Below are positions 49,215-59,541 of a stretch of DNA of 64,000 bases, piece after piece. Location: positions 835 through 64,834 of the forward strand of contig DYGA01000001.1 in NCBI GenBank assembly GCA_020724865.1, in the 5' to 3' direction. The notes under the pieces were generated by a model. The model searched no databases, was not told where the DNA came from, and was given only the letters and a program-made list of their open reading frames with translations. This stretch comes from Candidatus Paceibacter sp. (lineage in GTDB: Bacteria > Patescibacteriota > Patescibacteriia > S139-126). Each line of letters opens with the position of its first letter. Position 1 is the first letter of the stretch. Both the position numbers and the translations under genes were made by a program.

Positions 49215-49724
49215 TTATTTTTTCTTTCTCGGAATAAGATATTTTTTACTCTGAGAGGAAATATCAAAAAAATTATCAGCTCTTTCAATCAATCTTTGTG
49301 ATGAACTTTTGCCAAAAGCCACGACTTCTACCTGCACGCCTTGATTTTGTAGATATTCTATCAATGGCTCATAATCACCATCACCAGTTACCAAAACAAT
49401 CACATCTACCCGGGGAGATAACTTAACAGCGTCAATGGTAAGCCCCACATCCCAATCACCTTTTTTCATTCCGCCCGGAAAAACTTGGAGATCTTTAACT
49501 TTAATAGCAAAACCTTGTTTATCCAAAGCTTCAAAAAAACCTTTTTCATCCAAACTATAGGACTGAACAACATAAGCAATGGCTCGAACTAATTTTCTCT
49601 CAGCCACAGCCAATTTCAATATCTCTTGAAAATTTACTCGGCTATTGTATAAACTTTTTGCCGAGTGATACATATTTGCCACATCAACCAATACCGCCAC
49701 TCTTTGTTCTTTACTTCTCATCAT
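49215..49724 (-). CDS. NYN domain (LabA/DUF88) protein
   Basis: VLVDVANMY, KKGDWDV, LVTGDGDY, ADNFFDI. Confidence 0.9.
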   Translation of the reverse strand: MMRSKEQRVAVLVDVANMYHSAKSLYNSRVNFQEILKLAVAERKLVRAIAYVVQSYSLDEKGFFEALDKQGFAIKVKDLQVFPGGMKKGDWDVGLTIDAVKLSPRVDVIVLVTGDGDYEPLIEYLQNQGVQVEVVAFGKSSSQRLIERADNFFDISSQSKKYLIPRKKK

Positions 49725-49735
49725 AAATTATTTTT

Positions 49736-50092
49736 TTATTCTTCTTCCGCCGGAGCTTCCTCTGTCATTTCATCTTCACTTTCTGTCCTAATAAAATCCT
49801 CTTCATCTTCCAAAGTTGTCAAAGGTGTCATTTTGATACCTAATTTTTTACATAATTTGTTGAAACTGTCCTGATTTTCCTTTTCTAAATATCTAAGCAA
49901 CCTTTTTCTTTGGATGACTTTTTTAATCAAACCCCTTCTTGAAGAATGATCTTTCTTATGCTTTTTTAAATGCTTGGTCAATTCATCTATTTCGGCTGAC
50001 AAAATAGCAATCTGAACTTCGCTGGAACCAGTATCACTCTTGTGAGTTCGATATTTTTTTATTATCTCCTCTTTTTTCTTTTTATCTAACAT
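49736..50092 (-). CDS. rpsO: 30S ribosomal protein S15 with acidic C-terminal extension (start MLDKK at 50092)
   Basis: DTGSSEVQIAIL...HL..HKKDHSSRRGL. Confidence 0.95.
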   Translation of the reverse strand: MLDKKKKEEIIKKYRTHKSDTGSSEVQIAILSAEIDELTKHLKKHKKDHSSRRGLIKKVIQRKRLLRYLEKENQDSFNKLCKKLGIKMTPLTTLEDEEDFIRTESEDEMTEEAPAEEE

Positions 50093-50430
50093 AAAATTCC
50101 TTTCGCGGTTTACATAGTAAATGGCTAAGCCAAAAACCAAGAAAACCGTAAATAATTAATAATAAACTTTTCTAATAAATAAAGCACGCTTACTCTAACA
50201 TATTTATCTAAGTTTGACAAGTATTAATAGTTAATTATAAATTGTAAATTTTTAATTATAAATTCAATATTCCTTACTCTATTAAAATTAAATTGCTACA
50301 CGCTGCTTTGAGCGGATTTGATAGGACTAACCATGTTAAATGGCTTGGCATAACCTGTGGTAGATTTAACAGGGTGCATCCTAATTTATTTGCCAGATTT
50401 AAGTTGGTGTCGTAAAATATATTTACAATT

Positions 50431-51408
50431 ATGACAAAAAATAATTCGGTAAATCAACTTTTGAATTTTGGTTTATTGGGCCGTTGGGCTAATGATTTTT
50501 TAAATTACCTAGAAATTGAAAAAGGTAGATCACTGCGAACTGTACGAAATTACAGCTTCTATTTACTTAGATTTTTTATCTGGTTAAATAAAAAAAATCT
50601 AAAACCTAACGATATATCCTTATCTAAAGTAAAACAATATCGTTTGTGGCTAAACCGACAAACCGACCGACATGGCAAAGCATTAAAAAAATCAACACAA
50701 AACTATCACCTGATTGCCCTGAGATCATTTTTAAAATATTTAGCCAAACAAGATGTAAAAACTTTAGCTCCAGAAAAAATTGAACTGGCCAAACAACCAG
50801 AAAGAGAAGTAGATTTTTTGGAAAATGATGATTTAGAAAGATTACTCAAAGCGCCCCAAAACAGTACTCAACCAGAGATTATTAAACTTCGTGACCAAGC
50901 AATTCTAGCAGTGCTTTTTTCCACTGGTTTACGTGTCTCAGAACTAACCTCTTTAACTCGTGAACAGGTAAATTTAAAAAAAGATGAATTTACAGTAAGC
51001 GGCAAAGGAGGGAAAAATCGTCTGGTGTTTCTATCCGACAACGCCAAAATGGCATTGAGTGCCTATTTAGATAAAAGACAAGATATGGATCCATCACTTT
51101 TTGTTGGTCATGATAGAGCTAAAAATAAAAGGGTAAACAAAGATAATAAAGTTGTTCATCCTCTCACTCCCAGAAGTGTTGAAAGATTGATAAAATATTA
51201 TAGTAAAGCAGCGGGTATTACAAAAAAAGTTACCCCCCATACCCTGCGTCACTCTTTTGCCACTGATTTATTACAAAATGGCGCTGATATTAGATCGGTA
51301 CAAGCTATGCTGGGGCATGCCTCTATTACTACTACCCAAATATACACGCACATTACCAATCGTCAGCTTAAAGAAATTCACAAAAATTTCCACCATAAGA
51401 AAACATAA
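50431..51408 (+). CDS. XerC/XerD-type tyrosine recombinase
   Basis: SAM-like N-terminus, TGLRVSEL, GKGGKNR, TPHTLRHSFAT, LGHASITTTQIY. Confidence 0.92.
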   Translation: MTKNNSVNQLLNFGLLGRWANDFLNYLEIEKGRSLRTVRNYSFYLLRFFIWLNKKNLKPNDISLSKVKQYRLWLNRQTDRHGKALKKSTQNYHLIALRSFLKYLAKQDVKTLAPEKIELAKQPEREVDFLENDDLERLLKAPQNSTQPEIIKLRDQAILAVLFSTGLRVSELTSLTREQVNLKKDEFTVSGKGGKNRLVFLSDNAKMALSAYLDKRQDMDPSLFVGHDRAKNKRVNKDNKVVHPLTPRSVERLIKYYSKAAGITKKVTPHTLRHSFATDLLQNGADIRSVQAMLGHASITTTQIYTHITNRQLKEIHKNFHHKKT

Positions 51409-51411
51409 ACC

Positions 51412-51505
51412 TAATTATTAATAACTAATTATTAATAAACAATTTAATTTTAAAATTAAAAATAAATAATTCATTAGTTATTAAAAATTAGTAATTAGAA
51501 ATTTT
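51412..51505. repeat. Inverted AATTA(C/T)T heptamer array
   Basis: taattattaataactaattattaat ... attcattagttattaaaaattagtaattag. Confidence 0.6.
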
Positions 51506-51550
51506 AAACATTGACCTTTTTCAATTTTTTATATATTTTTATAAAGTTTA

Positions 51551-51625
51551 GCCCCTGTAGTTCAATGGATAGAACACCAGCCTTCTAAGCTGGATATAGA
51601 GGTTCGATTCCTCTCGGGGGCACCA
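51551..51625 (+). tRNA. tRNA-Arg(TCT)
   Basis: CCAGC-CT TCT AA-GCTGG arm, GGTTCGATTCC, CCA. Confidence 0.95.
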
Positions 51626-51717
51626 GAATCTGACTTTTAGCAAATAAATTCGAGCTGACTAAAAAAACAACCAATAATAAGTATAAAAATTAGTAATTAG
51701 TAATTAATAATTTAAAA

Positions 51718-52428
51718 ATGCATTTACCAAATGATTTTTTAAATCCAGGAACGGCTTCAGCGCTCATGGGAGTTGCAGCTGGCGCTCTAGCTATGGCCAT
51801 AGCCAAAGTTAAACTAAGTATTACCAAAAAAATCAAAGTCCTAAAAGGACAACTGGCTACAGAACCGCAAATTGGCGCCAGTGAAACTGTAAAACTCACT
51901 GCTCAAGGCAAAGAAAAAATTTACGCTATGGCTTCACTTGCGGCTTTGATTTTTGCTTTACAGATGGTTAACTTTCCTATCACCGGCGGCACTAGTGGCC
52001 ATTTTGTTGGCGGGGCTTTGGCATTTTTTGTCCTTGGTCCTTGGGCAGCAATTATCGTTATGTCACTAGTAATTTCCATTCAAGCAATATTTTTTGCTGA
52101 TGGAGGAATCTTGGCACTGGGAGCCAATGTTTTTAATATGGGAATACTTACAGTTTTAACAGCTTACGGAATAAATCTAATTGTAAAAAATAAAAAATTT
52201 TTTTATTTTAAAATACTTATTGGTGCTCTTACTTCAGTTCTGATAGCTGCTTTTGGCACATCTTTGGTAATGATTATCTCCGGTATTACCACATTTACTT
52301 CAATAATGCCGATAATGTTGAAATATCATTTTCTGGTTGGTTTAGGAGAAGGATTAATTACTTGGTTAATAATATTTTTATTTAAAAAATATAATTATCA
52401 ATTGTGGATTTTGGAAAATGAAAAATAA
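51718..52428 (+). CDS. cbiM: ECF-type Co/Ni transporter S component CbiM/NikM
   Basis: N-terminal MHLP, QMVNFP..GTSGHF.GG, QAIFFADGG..ALGAN, H..VG.GEG. Confidence 0.88.
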   Translation: MHLPNDFLNPGTASALMGVAAGALAMAIAKVKLSITKKIKVLKGQLATEPQIGASETVKLTAQGKEKIYAMASLAALIFALQMVNFPITGGTSGHFVGGALAFFVLGPWAAIIVMSLVISIQAIFFADGGILALGANVFNMGILTVLTAYGINLIVKNKKFFYFKILIGALTSVLIAAFGTSLVMIISGITTFTSIMPIMLKYHFLVGLGEGLITWLIIFLFKKYNYQLWILENEK

Positions 52429-52720
52429 ATGGACAATAATTTTTATAATTTCTTTGATTATAGCAGGTGGATTTTCTCTGCTAGCTTCTACCAGTCCTGA
52501 TGGCTTAGAAGCAAGCGCTATAAATATTGGTTTAGATATTGAAGAACAAGCAAACTATAAATCACTTATGCCTGATTATCAAATTTTAGGGATAAAAAAT
52601 GAAATTTTGTCCAGCGCTTTAGCCGGAATCATTGGCACAATTATTGTTTATTTGGTAGTTTTATTAATTAGTAAACTAATCAATAAAAAAGAAAAACAAA
52701 AAAAATTACCAAACACTTGA
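52418..52720 (+). CDS. PDGLE-domain (NikN-like) membrane protein
   Basis: ASTSPDGLE..., MPDY, LAGIIG. Confidence 0.85.
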   Translation: MKNKWTIIFIISLIIAGGFSLLASTSPDGLEASAINIGLDIEEQANYKSLMPDYQILGIKNEILSSALAGIIGTIIVYLVVLLISKLINKKEKQKKLPNT

Positions 52721-52755
52721 AACATAAAAATTTATAATTTATACTAACCTATCAT

Positions 52756-52830
52756 GGTGGCTATAGTTTAACGGTAGAACAGCGGGTTGTGGTCCCGCTG
52801 GCGAGGGTTCGACTCCCTCTAGCCACCCCA
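52756..52830 (+). tRNA. tRNA-His(GTG) with encoded G-1
   Basis: G-GTGGCTA...GCGGG-TT GTG GT-CCCGC...GGTTCGACTCCC...TAGCCAC-C-CCA. Confidence 0.95.
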
Positions 52831-52852
52831 TTTTGACTAAAATTGACAGTAG

Positions 52853-52893
52853 ATTTAGATAAGAAAAAAACCGCTCCGAGAGGGACGGTTTAT
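52853..52893. repeat. Junction hairpin copy 1 (family also at 57789, 58641, 59513)
   Basis: atttagataagaaaaaaaccgctccgagagggacggttt. Confidence 0.75.
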
Positions 52894-52896
52894 ATT

Positions 52897-54291
52897 CTAT
52901 CTTTTTGCTCCAGAATAAGCGATTGCTCTTACAATATCCCAGTGTACAGCGGTAGAAGGATAATACCCATATAACCAACGAAAGGTTTTTATGGCAACTG
53001 TCTCACTGTTTAAATTTCTATCAGAAGGTCTTAAGCCGTAAGTCATAATAGTCACAGCGGCGTTATCATTTGGATTATTCATATTCGCATTTCTTAAATA
53101 TATTTTACGGAAAGATTCTTTAGCTTGATTTTCCTTTGCTTCATTGCGTTGTGATGGCCATCTGCCGTTTGCTATCTTCAAAACATCTTCCCAGTCGGTT
53201 TGATTTTCTGGCAATTTACCAAAGGCAGAAACAAAAGAATTAACAGCTCCAGCTCTTTCTCCTTCTCCCAACTTAGCTGACATGGGAGAGCCATAAGCTA
53301 TAAACCACTTAAGTCTGTTTCTTGTTTCATTAGATACATTCTTTCCTTTTACTAATGGTCCAACATATTTATTATCAACATCAGATTCTTTATTTTTATT
53401 ATTTAACTGATCCCAGTTACTCCAAATAGAATAAAAATTATCAATCATTAGAGCCGAGGCTTCTAATAAAATATCATCTATTTGTTTTTGTCTGACGTCT
53501 ACTTCAAAACCTAAAACAATTGGGTTTTCCTTTTCAGTCACGTCTACTTTACTATTTAAATTTATACTGACCTGAGCTGAATAACCAGAAAGATTACCTG
53601 TCTTATCAACTGAACGCAAAGAAAAATAATAAGTTACATTATTTGCTAAACCAGTGCTTAGTATGCTTGTACTCGTAACATTATTGTAAACAGCACTGCC
53701 ATATTCCCCGGCAATAGTTGAACGATAAATAACTACATGAGAAAAATCACTATCTAATGGTTTGGTCCAAGAAATTCTAGCGCTAGTATCGCTTACTTTT
53801 GTTACTACAATATTCTGTGGCAAATCTGGCGCAGTGGTATCGCTGGGAGCAAAACCACTACTACCGCTACTACCACTACTTCCTGATGAAGGTTGGGTGG
53901 GTACAATTACCTGTTTTGTAAAATTAAGATTTAATTCCACCACTTTACCTGGTTCAAAAGTTTGATTATAAACTACATTACTAATGCCTGTTATATACTC
54001 TGATTCTCCTGAGAGTTTATATTTAAAAAGTAAATCACCAACATATTCTCCTACTATTAATCTGCTGGCAAAAGGGTCATTATAACCATATATGCCATCT
54101 GATGTCATAATTATCTCTCCGATTTTAACGTCGTTATTATATACGGCAACACTTGTGCCAGCTGGCAAAGCAATGTTATTAAGAGTAGCTTGGCCCCAAA
54201 ATGACATAGGGAAAGCTGGAAAACCATCAACAGCTCCTACTGTTGTGGGAAATAATAAAACAAAAATTGTAGTAAATATTATTTTTTGCAT
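52897..54291 (-). CDS. Secreted FN3-domain protein with conserved CPR C-terminal domain
   Basis: Signal peptide; DTTAP...ISW..P...TGLANNVTYYFSLRSVDKTGN FN3; KLGEGERAG...IANGRWP...RAIAYSGAKR tail. Confidence 0.75.
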   Translation of the reverse strand: MQKIIFTTIFVLLFPTTVGAVDGFPAFPMSFWGQATLNNIALPAGTSVAVYNNDVKIGEIIMTSDGIYGYNDPFASRLIVGEYVGDLLFKYKLSGESEYITGISNVVYNQTFEPGKVVELNLNFTKQVIVPTQPSSGSSGSSGSSGFAPSDTTAPDLPQNIVVTKVSDTSARISWTKPLDSDFSHVVIYRSTIAGEYGSAVYNNVTSTSILSTGLANNVTYYFSLRSVDKTGNLSGYSAQVSINLNSKVDVTEKENPIVLGFEVDVRQKQIDDILLEASALMIDNFYSIWSNWDQLNNKNKESDVDNKYVGPLVKGKNVSNETRNRLKWFIAYGSPMSAKLGEGERAGAVNSFVSAFGKLPENQTDWEDVLKIANGRWPSQRNEAKENQAKESFRKIYLRNANMNNPNDNAAVTIMTYGLRPSDRNLNSETVAIKTFRWLYGYYPSTAVHWDIVRAIAYSGAKR

Positions 54292-54320
54292 ATAATTAAT
54301 TGCTTTGCAACTAAAAAATT

Positions 54321-56873
54321 TTATTTCTGTAGAGTTTGTAAATCAGATGGTAAAGTCTTCACATATAGACCACTAGCCCAATCAGCAGAACCTGTTGAGT
54401 GTGGTACGGCTGACATATCAGACCAGATGAAGAGACGGCTACCAATCAAGGCATTGATAGTGCCTGTTTGTGTAGCAGAATCTGTTACTAATCCAGTTTG
54501 AACATTGTCACCGGTAACGATTGTGCCACCAATAGTAGCTTTCAACTCATAAGTCTTGCTGGATGCAGCAGCAATCTGTTCTGGAGTGGTCAAACTAATC
54601 TTGAGACCACTGGCAGTAAAGGCTGTGCTAGAAGCAGACAAAGCTGTTGGATTACCTGACACATACAAAGCTGGGGAAGATAAGGTTACGCTTCCTGAAG
54701 TGGCTGTAGTCCAAGTCAAGGTAGAAAGTTCAACAGAACCCTTGGCATCAGCTGCCACCGTGAACTTGGAAATCACTTGAGTACCAGCACCAAGAACTGT
54801 AGTTGGTAAACCAACCAAGGTTACAGTCGGTCTGGTCTTTCTTACTACCATGTCATTGCCATTGATATTTGAGGCTGACACATTTGTACCAGTAGTTTCA
54901 GTCAAACCTGAACCTTTACCAACGTGTTTGTAAGTTGCAGAAACATCCCAATTTATACTACCAGTACCACCTGAGATGGTTCCAGATGATAAGGCTGGGA
55001 CATCAATGTAAACTTTCAACACAGCAGTATTGTCTCTGGCAACAAACATTGTTAAGCCAGTGAAGGTTACTGTGCCTGAAGCCATATAACCAACAGCAGT
55101 ACCTGTGCCACCACCTTGAACTGGATATTCCAAAGTTACAGCGCCAACATGAGGTTGAATACCAGAATCAGCAGTAAAGGTTAATTCTTGTACTTCGAAA
55201 TCTTCATACTGAGCTGTGAACTTGATTGCGTTCATTAGGACTTTGCTAGTACCAGCCAATACTATATCAGCATCTGGTTTGGAAGCATCAGCAGCAGCAG
55301 TTAACGAAGGTATAACTATTGTAATCATTTGTAATAAAGCGTCATTGGAAACCATATTTGGACCTTGAGCAGATAAACTAAAATATATATTGCCTGGTTG
55401 TGCATCTGATTTTATGTCAGCATAGATATCTATCACCTTTGAACCTGATGATGGAATAACTAAATTAACAGTAAAATTATTAACTGCTTCTGGTATCTGC
55501 TTAACTGAACCAATTTGAGTTCCACCATCTTTTAAATACATATTGGCAATATATGAAGATGTTAAAACAGAAGACGATACTGTCAAATTAGTTATATTTA
55601 CCGCCCCTTCATTACTGGCTGTTAATACGGCGCTGCCCACTTTGACAGATTGAGAACCTAAAGCAAAATTCTGATTACCGTAGGCAACATATTTTGTTAT
55701 TGTTAAACCTCCCTGTGAAACTGTTAATTCGTTAGCTGCTGAATCAAATAATGGGGCATTAAAAATTGTATTGGTAGTTAAACCAATAGCATTATTTGTA
55801 TTTCCGACTAATGTAATCAGTATAGTATCATCAACATTAAATACTCCGCCGTCGGATTTATAAACATCAGCCCTTATTTCCAAAACACCCGAGGTATTAC
55901 TGGGAATAATTAAACTGGAACCGAATGAAAAAAGTGTATCAGTATCTTCAATTAAATCTTGGGATAAACCTATTTGAGTGCCGTTATAAAATACTTTCAC
56001 ATTTTTAAGACCGCCTAAAACAGAAGTGTTTACTTTAAACTTTAATTCATTAATTTTAATGTTTTCATTAGTTGCATGTAATTTCCACCTAGCCATAGTT
56101 ATATTACTTGCTCCATTAGGAATTCCTCCTGATGGTGAAAGTAAAGGATCAAAAATAACTGACAAGGTGCCTGGTAAATTAACTGGTTCATTATTCTGAA
56201 AACCGCTGTAGGTACAACTCTAATTGGTAGTAAAAACTGCGTAAGCTTTTAGCTCTCTTAGATCATTTAATTGATTGACTTCATTCCAAACTTTCTGTTC
56301 CCATTGGTCACTTACTTTTACCGAACCTTTGTCTAATTCTCCTGCAGTCAAATCCATAACATGAGACACACAGCCAGAAAGAGATGAAAAAATATTTGTC
56401 ACATTATCATAATCCGTTCCCCCGATATAATTATTATTTAAAGCATAAGAAGGATTGGCTATACCTAATACATTCCAACCTATATCTAATGTCCTGCTAA
56501 ATAATCTTTCATTGGGCTCAACATCCTGTTTGTATTCTAATGTCAATGTTTGATCAGACCCAGTTTTATTATTTATAAAATAACCATATAAAGGTATAAA
56601 CTCTGTTTGCCCTAATTCTGCCATGGTTTTCCATCCAGATAATGCTGTATTATCCAAAACTAAAATATCAAAATTAGCTAGAGTTTCTTCAGCTGAAAAT
56701 ATATGGGAATCCACTAATCTAGGCACTGAAATTAGATTCCAACCATTCTTTAAATTTACAGTCTGGTCATATTCGCCTGCTTTAGACGAACTTACTTTAA
56801 ATCCAAAAAAAAGTAAGATTAATAAAATTATAAGTAGACTTTTTTTCATCATAAATTTGTTATTAAAATTCAA
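54321..56873 (-). pseudogene. S-layer-like surface protein gene split by a single in-frame TAG (56220-56222)
   Basis: ORFs 56220-56873 (signal peptide, LKNGWNLISVP) and 54321-56165 are in the same frame, with 18 open codons between them. Confidence 0.7.
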
Positions 56874-57259
56874 ACTAGTATATATAAATTATATCAATTT
56901 ATCAATTAAAAATTCCCCAAACAAACGCATGGGGAATTGCTTACTAAATTATCCTGTGTTTACTGCCTTTTGTCAAATATATAATTAATATGATACATAT
57001 GATTTATACAAAATGTACTTCCCCCATTTCTTTAGACACGAACCTTGTTAGTTACATTGTATGCGATAGCCGCCAAACGTGCAAATTGCTGTGGCGGCAT
57101 TTTTAGTGCGGCTGATAATTTGCTCTTTTAGATCCGGAGCAATTTTATGTTTTTTTATAGGTCTTGTATAATTACTGTTTAATTATATTATACAAGATTA
57201 GTGTTCAAAATTTGGGGGAGGGCCACTATCTTTTTTATAATTTATTTTTATATAACCAA

Positions 57260-57582
57260 CTATAATTTATTTCTATTTTTTATCAATTTAAACATCATTA
57301 TAATGAAAAATAAAATAACAATAATATCTATGAATCCCCACAATGTTTTATATCTTAAATAAATTAGTATTATAGGATTGAATAAAATAGCAATACTAAC
57401 TAAACACCAAAATAAAAGATTTTGTTTTTTAAAAACTTCATAAATATAATATGCATAATAAATAGAAGAACCAGTAACTACAAATTTCATAAAAGTATAA
57501 TCCATAAGGCCAATCAAAAAAGACAATAAAAGAAATATAGATGATACAATTACTGGTTAATAAAATAAATTTTTTTATTCAT
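57260..57582 (-). pseudogene. DUF6804-like small membrane protein, frameshifted near 5' end
   Basis: IAILFNPII.IYL..K.LWG.IDI; DWPYG motif displaced into another frame; ATG at 57582 stops early. Confidence 0.55.
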
Positions 57583-57699
57583 AATAATTTAAAATTATAA
57601 TCAGTCATCACAAGTAATATTTTCTAATATTCCGCCTGATTTATAACAAGGCACTTCCACATAACATCGTGTCTTTGTTAATCTTCCATTTTCATTCTC

Positions 57700-57819
57700 C
57701 AACTCTTGTAACCACAACTTTAATTCTTTAATCAAGGGGTTCCAAAATCGCACCTGGCGGGATTCCATTCAGACCCATTTATACCTATGAAAAAAACGCT
57801 CCGAGAGGGGCGGTTTTAT
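57700..57819. repeat. Junction module copy 2
   Basis: tcttgtaaccacaactttaa...gttccaaaatc...cccatttatacctatgaaaaaaacgctccgagaggggcggtttt. Confidence 0.75.
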
Positions 57820-58490
57820 TTATCGGAATAATTATCATTTTTAATCTCTACGTTCTTAATATATTTAAGTGGTAATTCTTTTGGAAACATAATTTCTGGA
57901 CTTAATCTATTAAAATTTCTAAATTTATCTTTCTTACCTTCTATATTTTTCTCTAATAAAGCTTCTCCTAAATAATCATTAATTTCATCTTTAACTTTAG
58001 GGCCACCAAAAAACCATTCTTTATTAGGTAAACTATTTATATATTTTATTAAATAATTTATAAAATCTTTTCCTTCTATAATTGATTTGCGAAAATATTC
58101 TTTATCATCGTCATCAACAGCATAATGTAACCATTCGCCGGCAGTAGCTACCTTTGTCCCTTCAATATTCAATGCTGATAAATCTATCTCAAGAATTACA
58201 TCGCCATAATTTTGTGGTTTATGTGATGCAAACACAAATTCATCTCTACCTTCTTCTCTATCTAAATAACCAGTACTAGTATCTTCATAATAACCAAATT
58301 CATTTTTACTTATCATTCCTCTTTTGACTAACTCCTTTTCGCTTAATAATGCTCCTTGTTTTTTTATTTTTTCCCATTTCTCCTTAGTGGTAGAATGATA
58401 TAATTTTAATCTTTCCAAGATTTCTTTTTCAGTAATTTCTTTTTCAATTATTTTTTTATTTTCAAAAGAATTGTTTTTTTCAAATACCAT
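57816..58490 (-). CDS. Putative ADP-ribosyltransferase-fold protein
   Basis: LYHST / FVFAS / YGDVILEID / PEIMF motif spacing typical of ART superfamily. Confidence 0.5.
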   Translation of the reverse strand: MVFEKNNSFENKKIIEKEITEKEILERLKLYHSTTKEKWEKIKKQGALLSEKELVKRGMISKNEFGYYEDTSTGYLDREEGRDEFVFASHKPQNYGDVILEIDLSALNIEGTKVATAGEWLHYAVDDDDKEYFRKSIIEGKDFINYLIKYINSLPNKEWFFGGPKVKDEINDYLGEALLEKNIEGKKDKFRNFNRLSPEIMFPKELPLKYIKNVEIKNDNYSDK

Positions 58491-58551
58491 ACTTGCTTAT
58501 TTATATTAATATTACCTATATTCTACCAAAATCCCATCTAAACCACTATCA

Positions 58552-58682
58552 CCAATCTTGTAACCACAACTTTAACTCTTCTATAAAGATGTTCCAAAAT
58601 CTCAACTGATGGTGCCCCTATTTTCATAATTTAAAAATAAATTTAGATAAGAAAAAACCGCTCTGATGAAGAGCGGTTTTAT
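58552..58682. repeat. Junction module copy 3
   Basis: tcttgtaaccacaactttaa...gttccaaaatc...cccctatttt...atttagataagaaaaaaccgctctgatgaagagcggtttt. Confidence 0.75.
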
Positions 58683-58835
58683 CAAATAATTTAAATATTT
58701 TAAATTTTTAAGTTGATAAAAATTCAGACGAAAATTTTTGAATAAAATATTAACTAGATATGCCGTTTTATATTTATAGTAATAACTTCTTATTTTCTAA
58801 CTACAAAAAGAATATAAAATAAAAAATATTAACTC

Positions 58836-59409
58836 TTATTTTACCTCCTCCCAGACAAAATATGTAATTTTATCAGATTGCTCCTCTATATATCCTTCAG
58901 GATCAAATTGTTCGTCTGTTAATGTACAAGAAAATTGTGGCGAATATATTCTGATTTCAATCCAGGATAACTTGGAGATGTAACTTGAGAATCACTTTTT
59001 CCGGTTTCAGATAAAGCAAATCCACTACTTATGCCCAACTCTTCTTGAATACCACGTATCACAGCAGCCTTAGGATTTTCATCTAGCTTAATTTTTTCTG
59101 AAACTGATGTCCCTAAATTCCTTTGTCTCTGCCGACCATCCTTAAAAATCTGCCTTTCTTCTTTAAGACGATATTTTTTACCATCAGGTGATTGGTAATA
59201 AATATCAGCACATACAATAATAACTCTTCTTAATAATTCGCCCTTTTCTCCAACAATTAAAATAGTCTCCCCACTTTCAATTTCTTTTTGGAGATGAGTT
59301 AATGTTTTAGATTGTCCAGTACCCCATGATGATGTGTCAATACCAGCATTGGCAAGCTTTTCTTTAATGTTTCAATGACAAATTGTTCTTTTTTCTCAAA
59401 ATTTTCCAT
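58836..59409 (-). pseudogene. NUDIX-like hypothetical gene with two frameshifts
   Basis: WGTGQSKTL..L.KEIESGET...LKEERQIFKDGR...SEKI...E.P.AAVIRGIQEELGI...SPSYPGL; tail FDPEGYIEEQSDKITYFVW in another frame. Confidence 0.7.
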
Positions 59410-59490
59410 AGGATAAAAAATAAATTTTTTTCATTATTTACTATTCATAAATCATTATACTAAAATTTGCTATATTAGACGATTCAAAAG

Positions 59491-59541
59491 CATTCAACAC
59501 ATCTATACCTATAAAAAACCGCTTTTTAAAAAGCGGTTTTG
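59491..59541. repeat. Junction module copy 4
   Basis: cattcaacacatctatacctataaaaaaccgctttttaaaaagcggtttt resembles 57766-57817. Confidence 0.65.

Noticed and set aside
50431-51408. Recombinase as integron integrase or prophage integrase for the tRNA-His array
   Set aside because: No IntI-specific insertion is evident and it resembles a housekeeping Xer; it is separated from the array by tRNA-Arg and cbiM/PDGLE.
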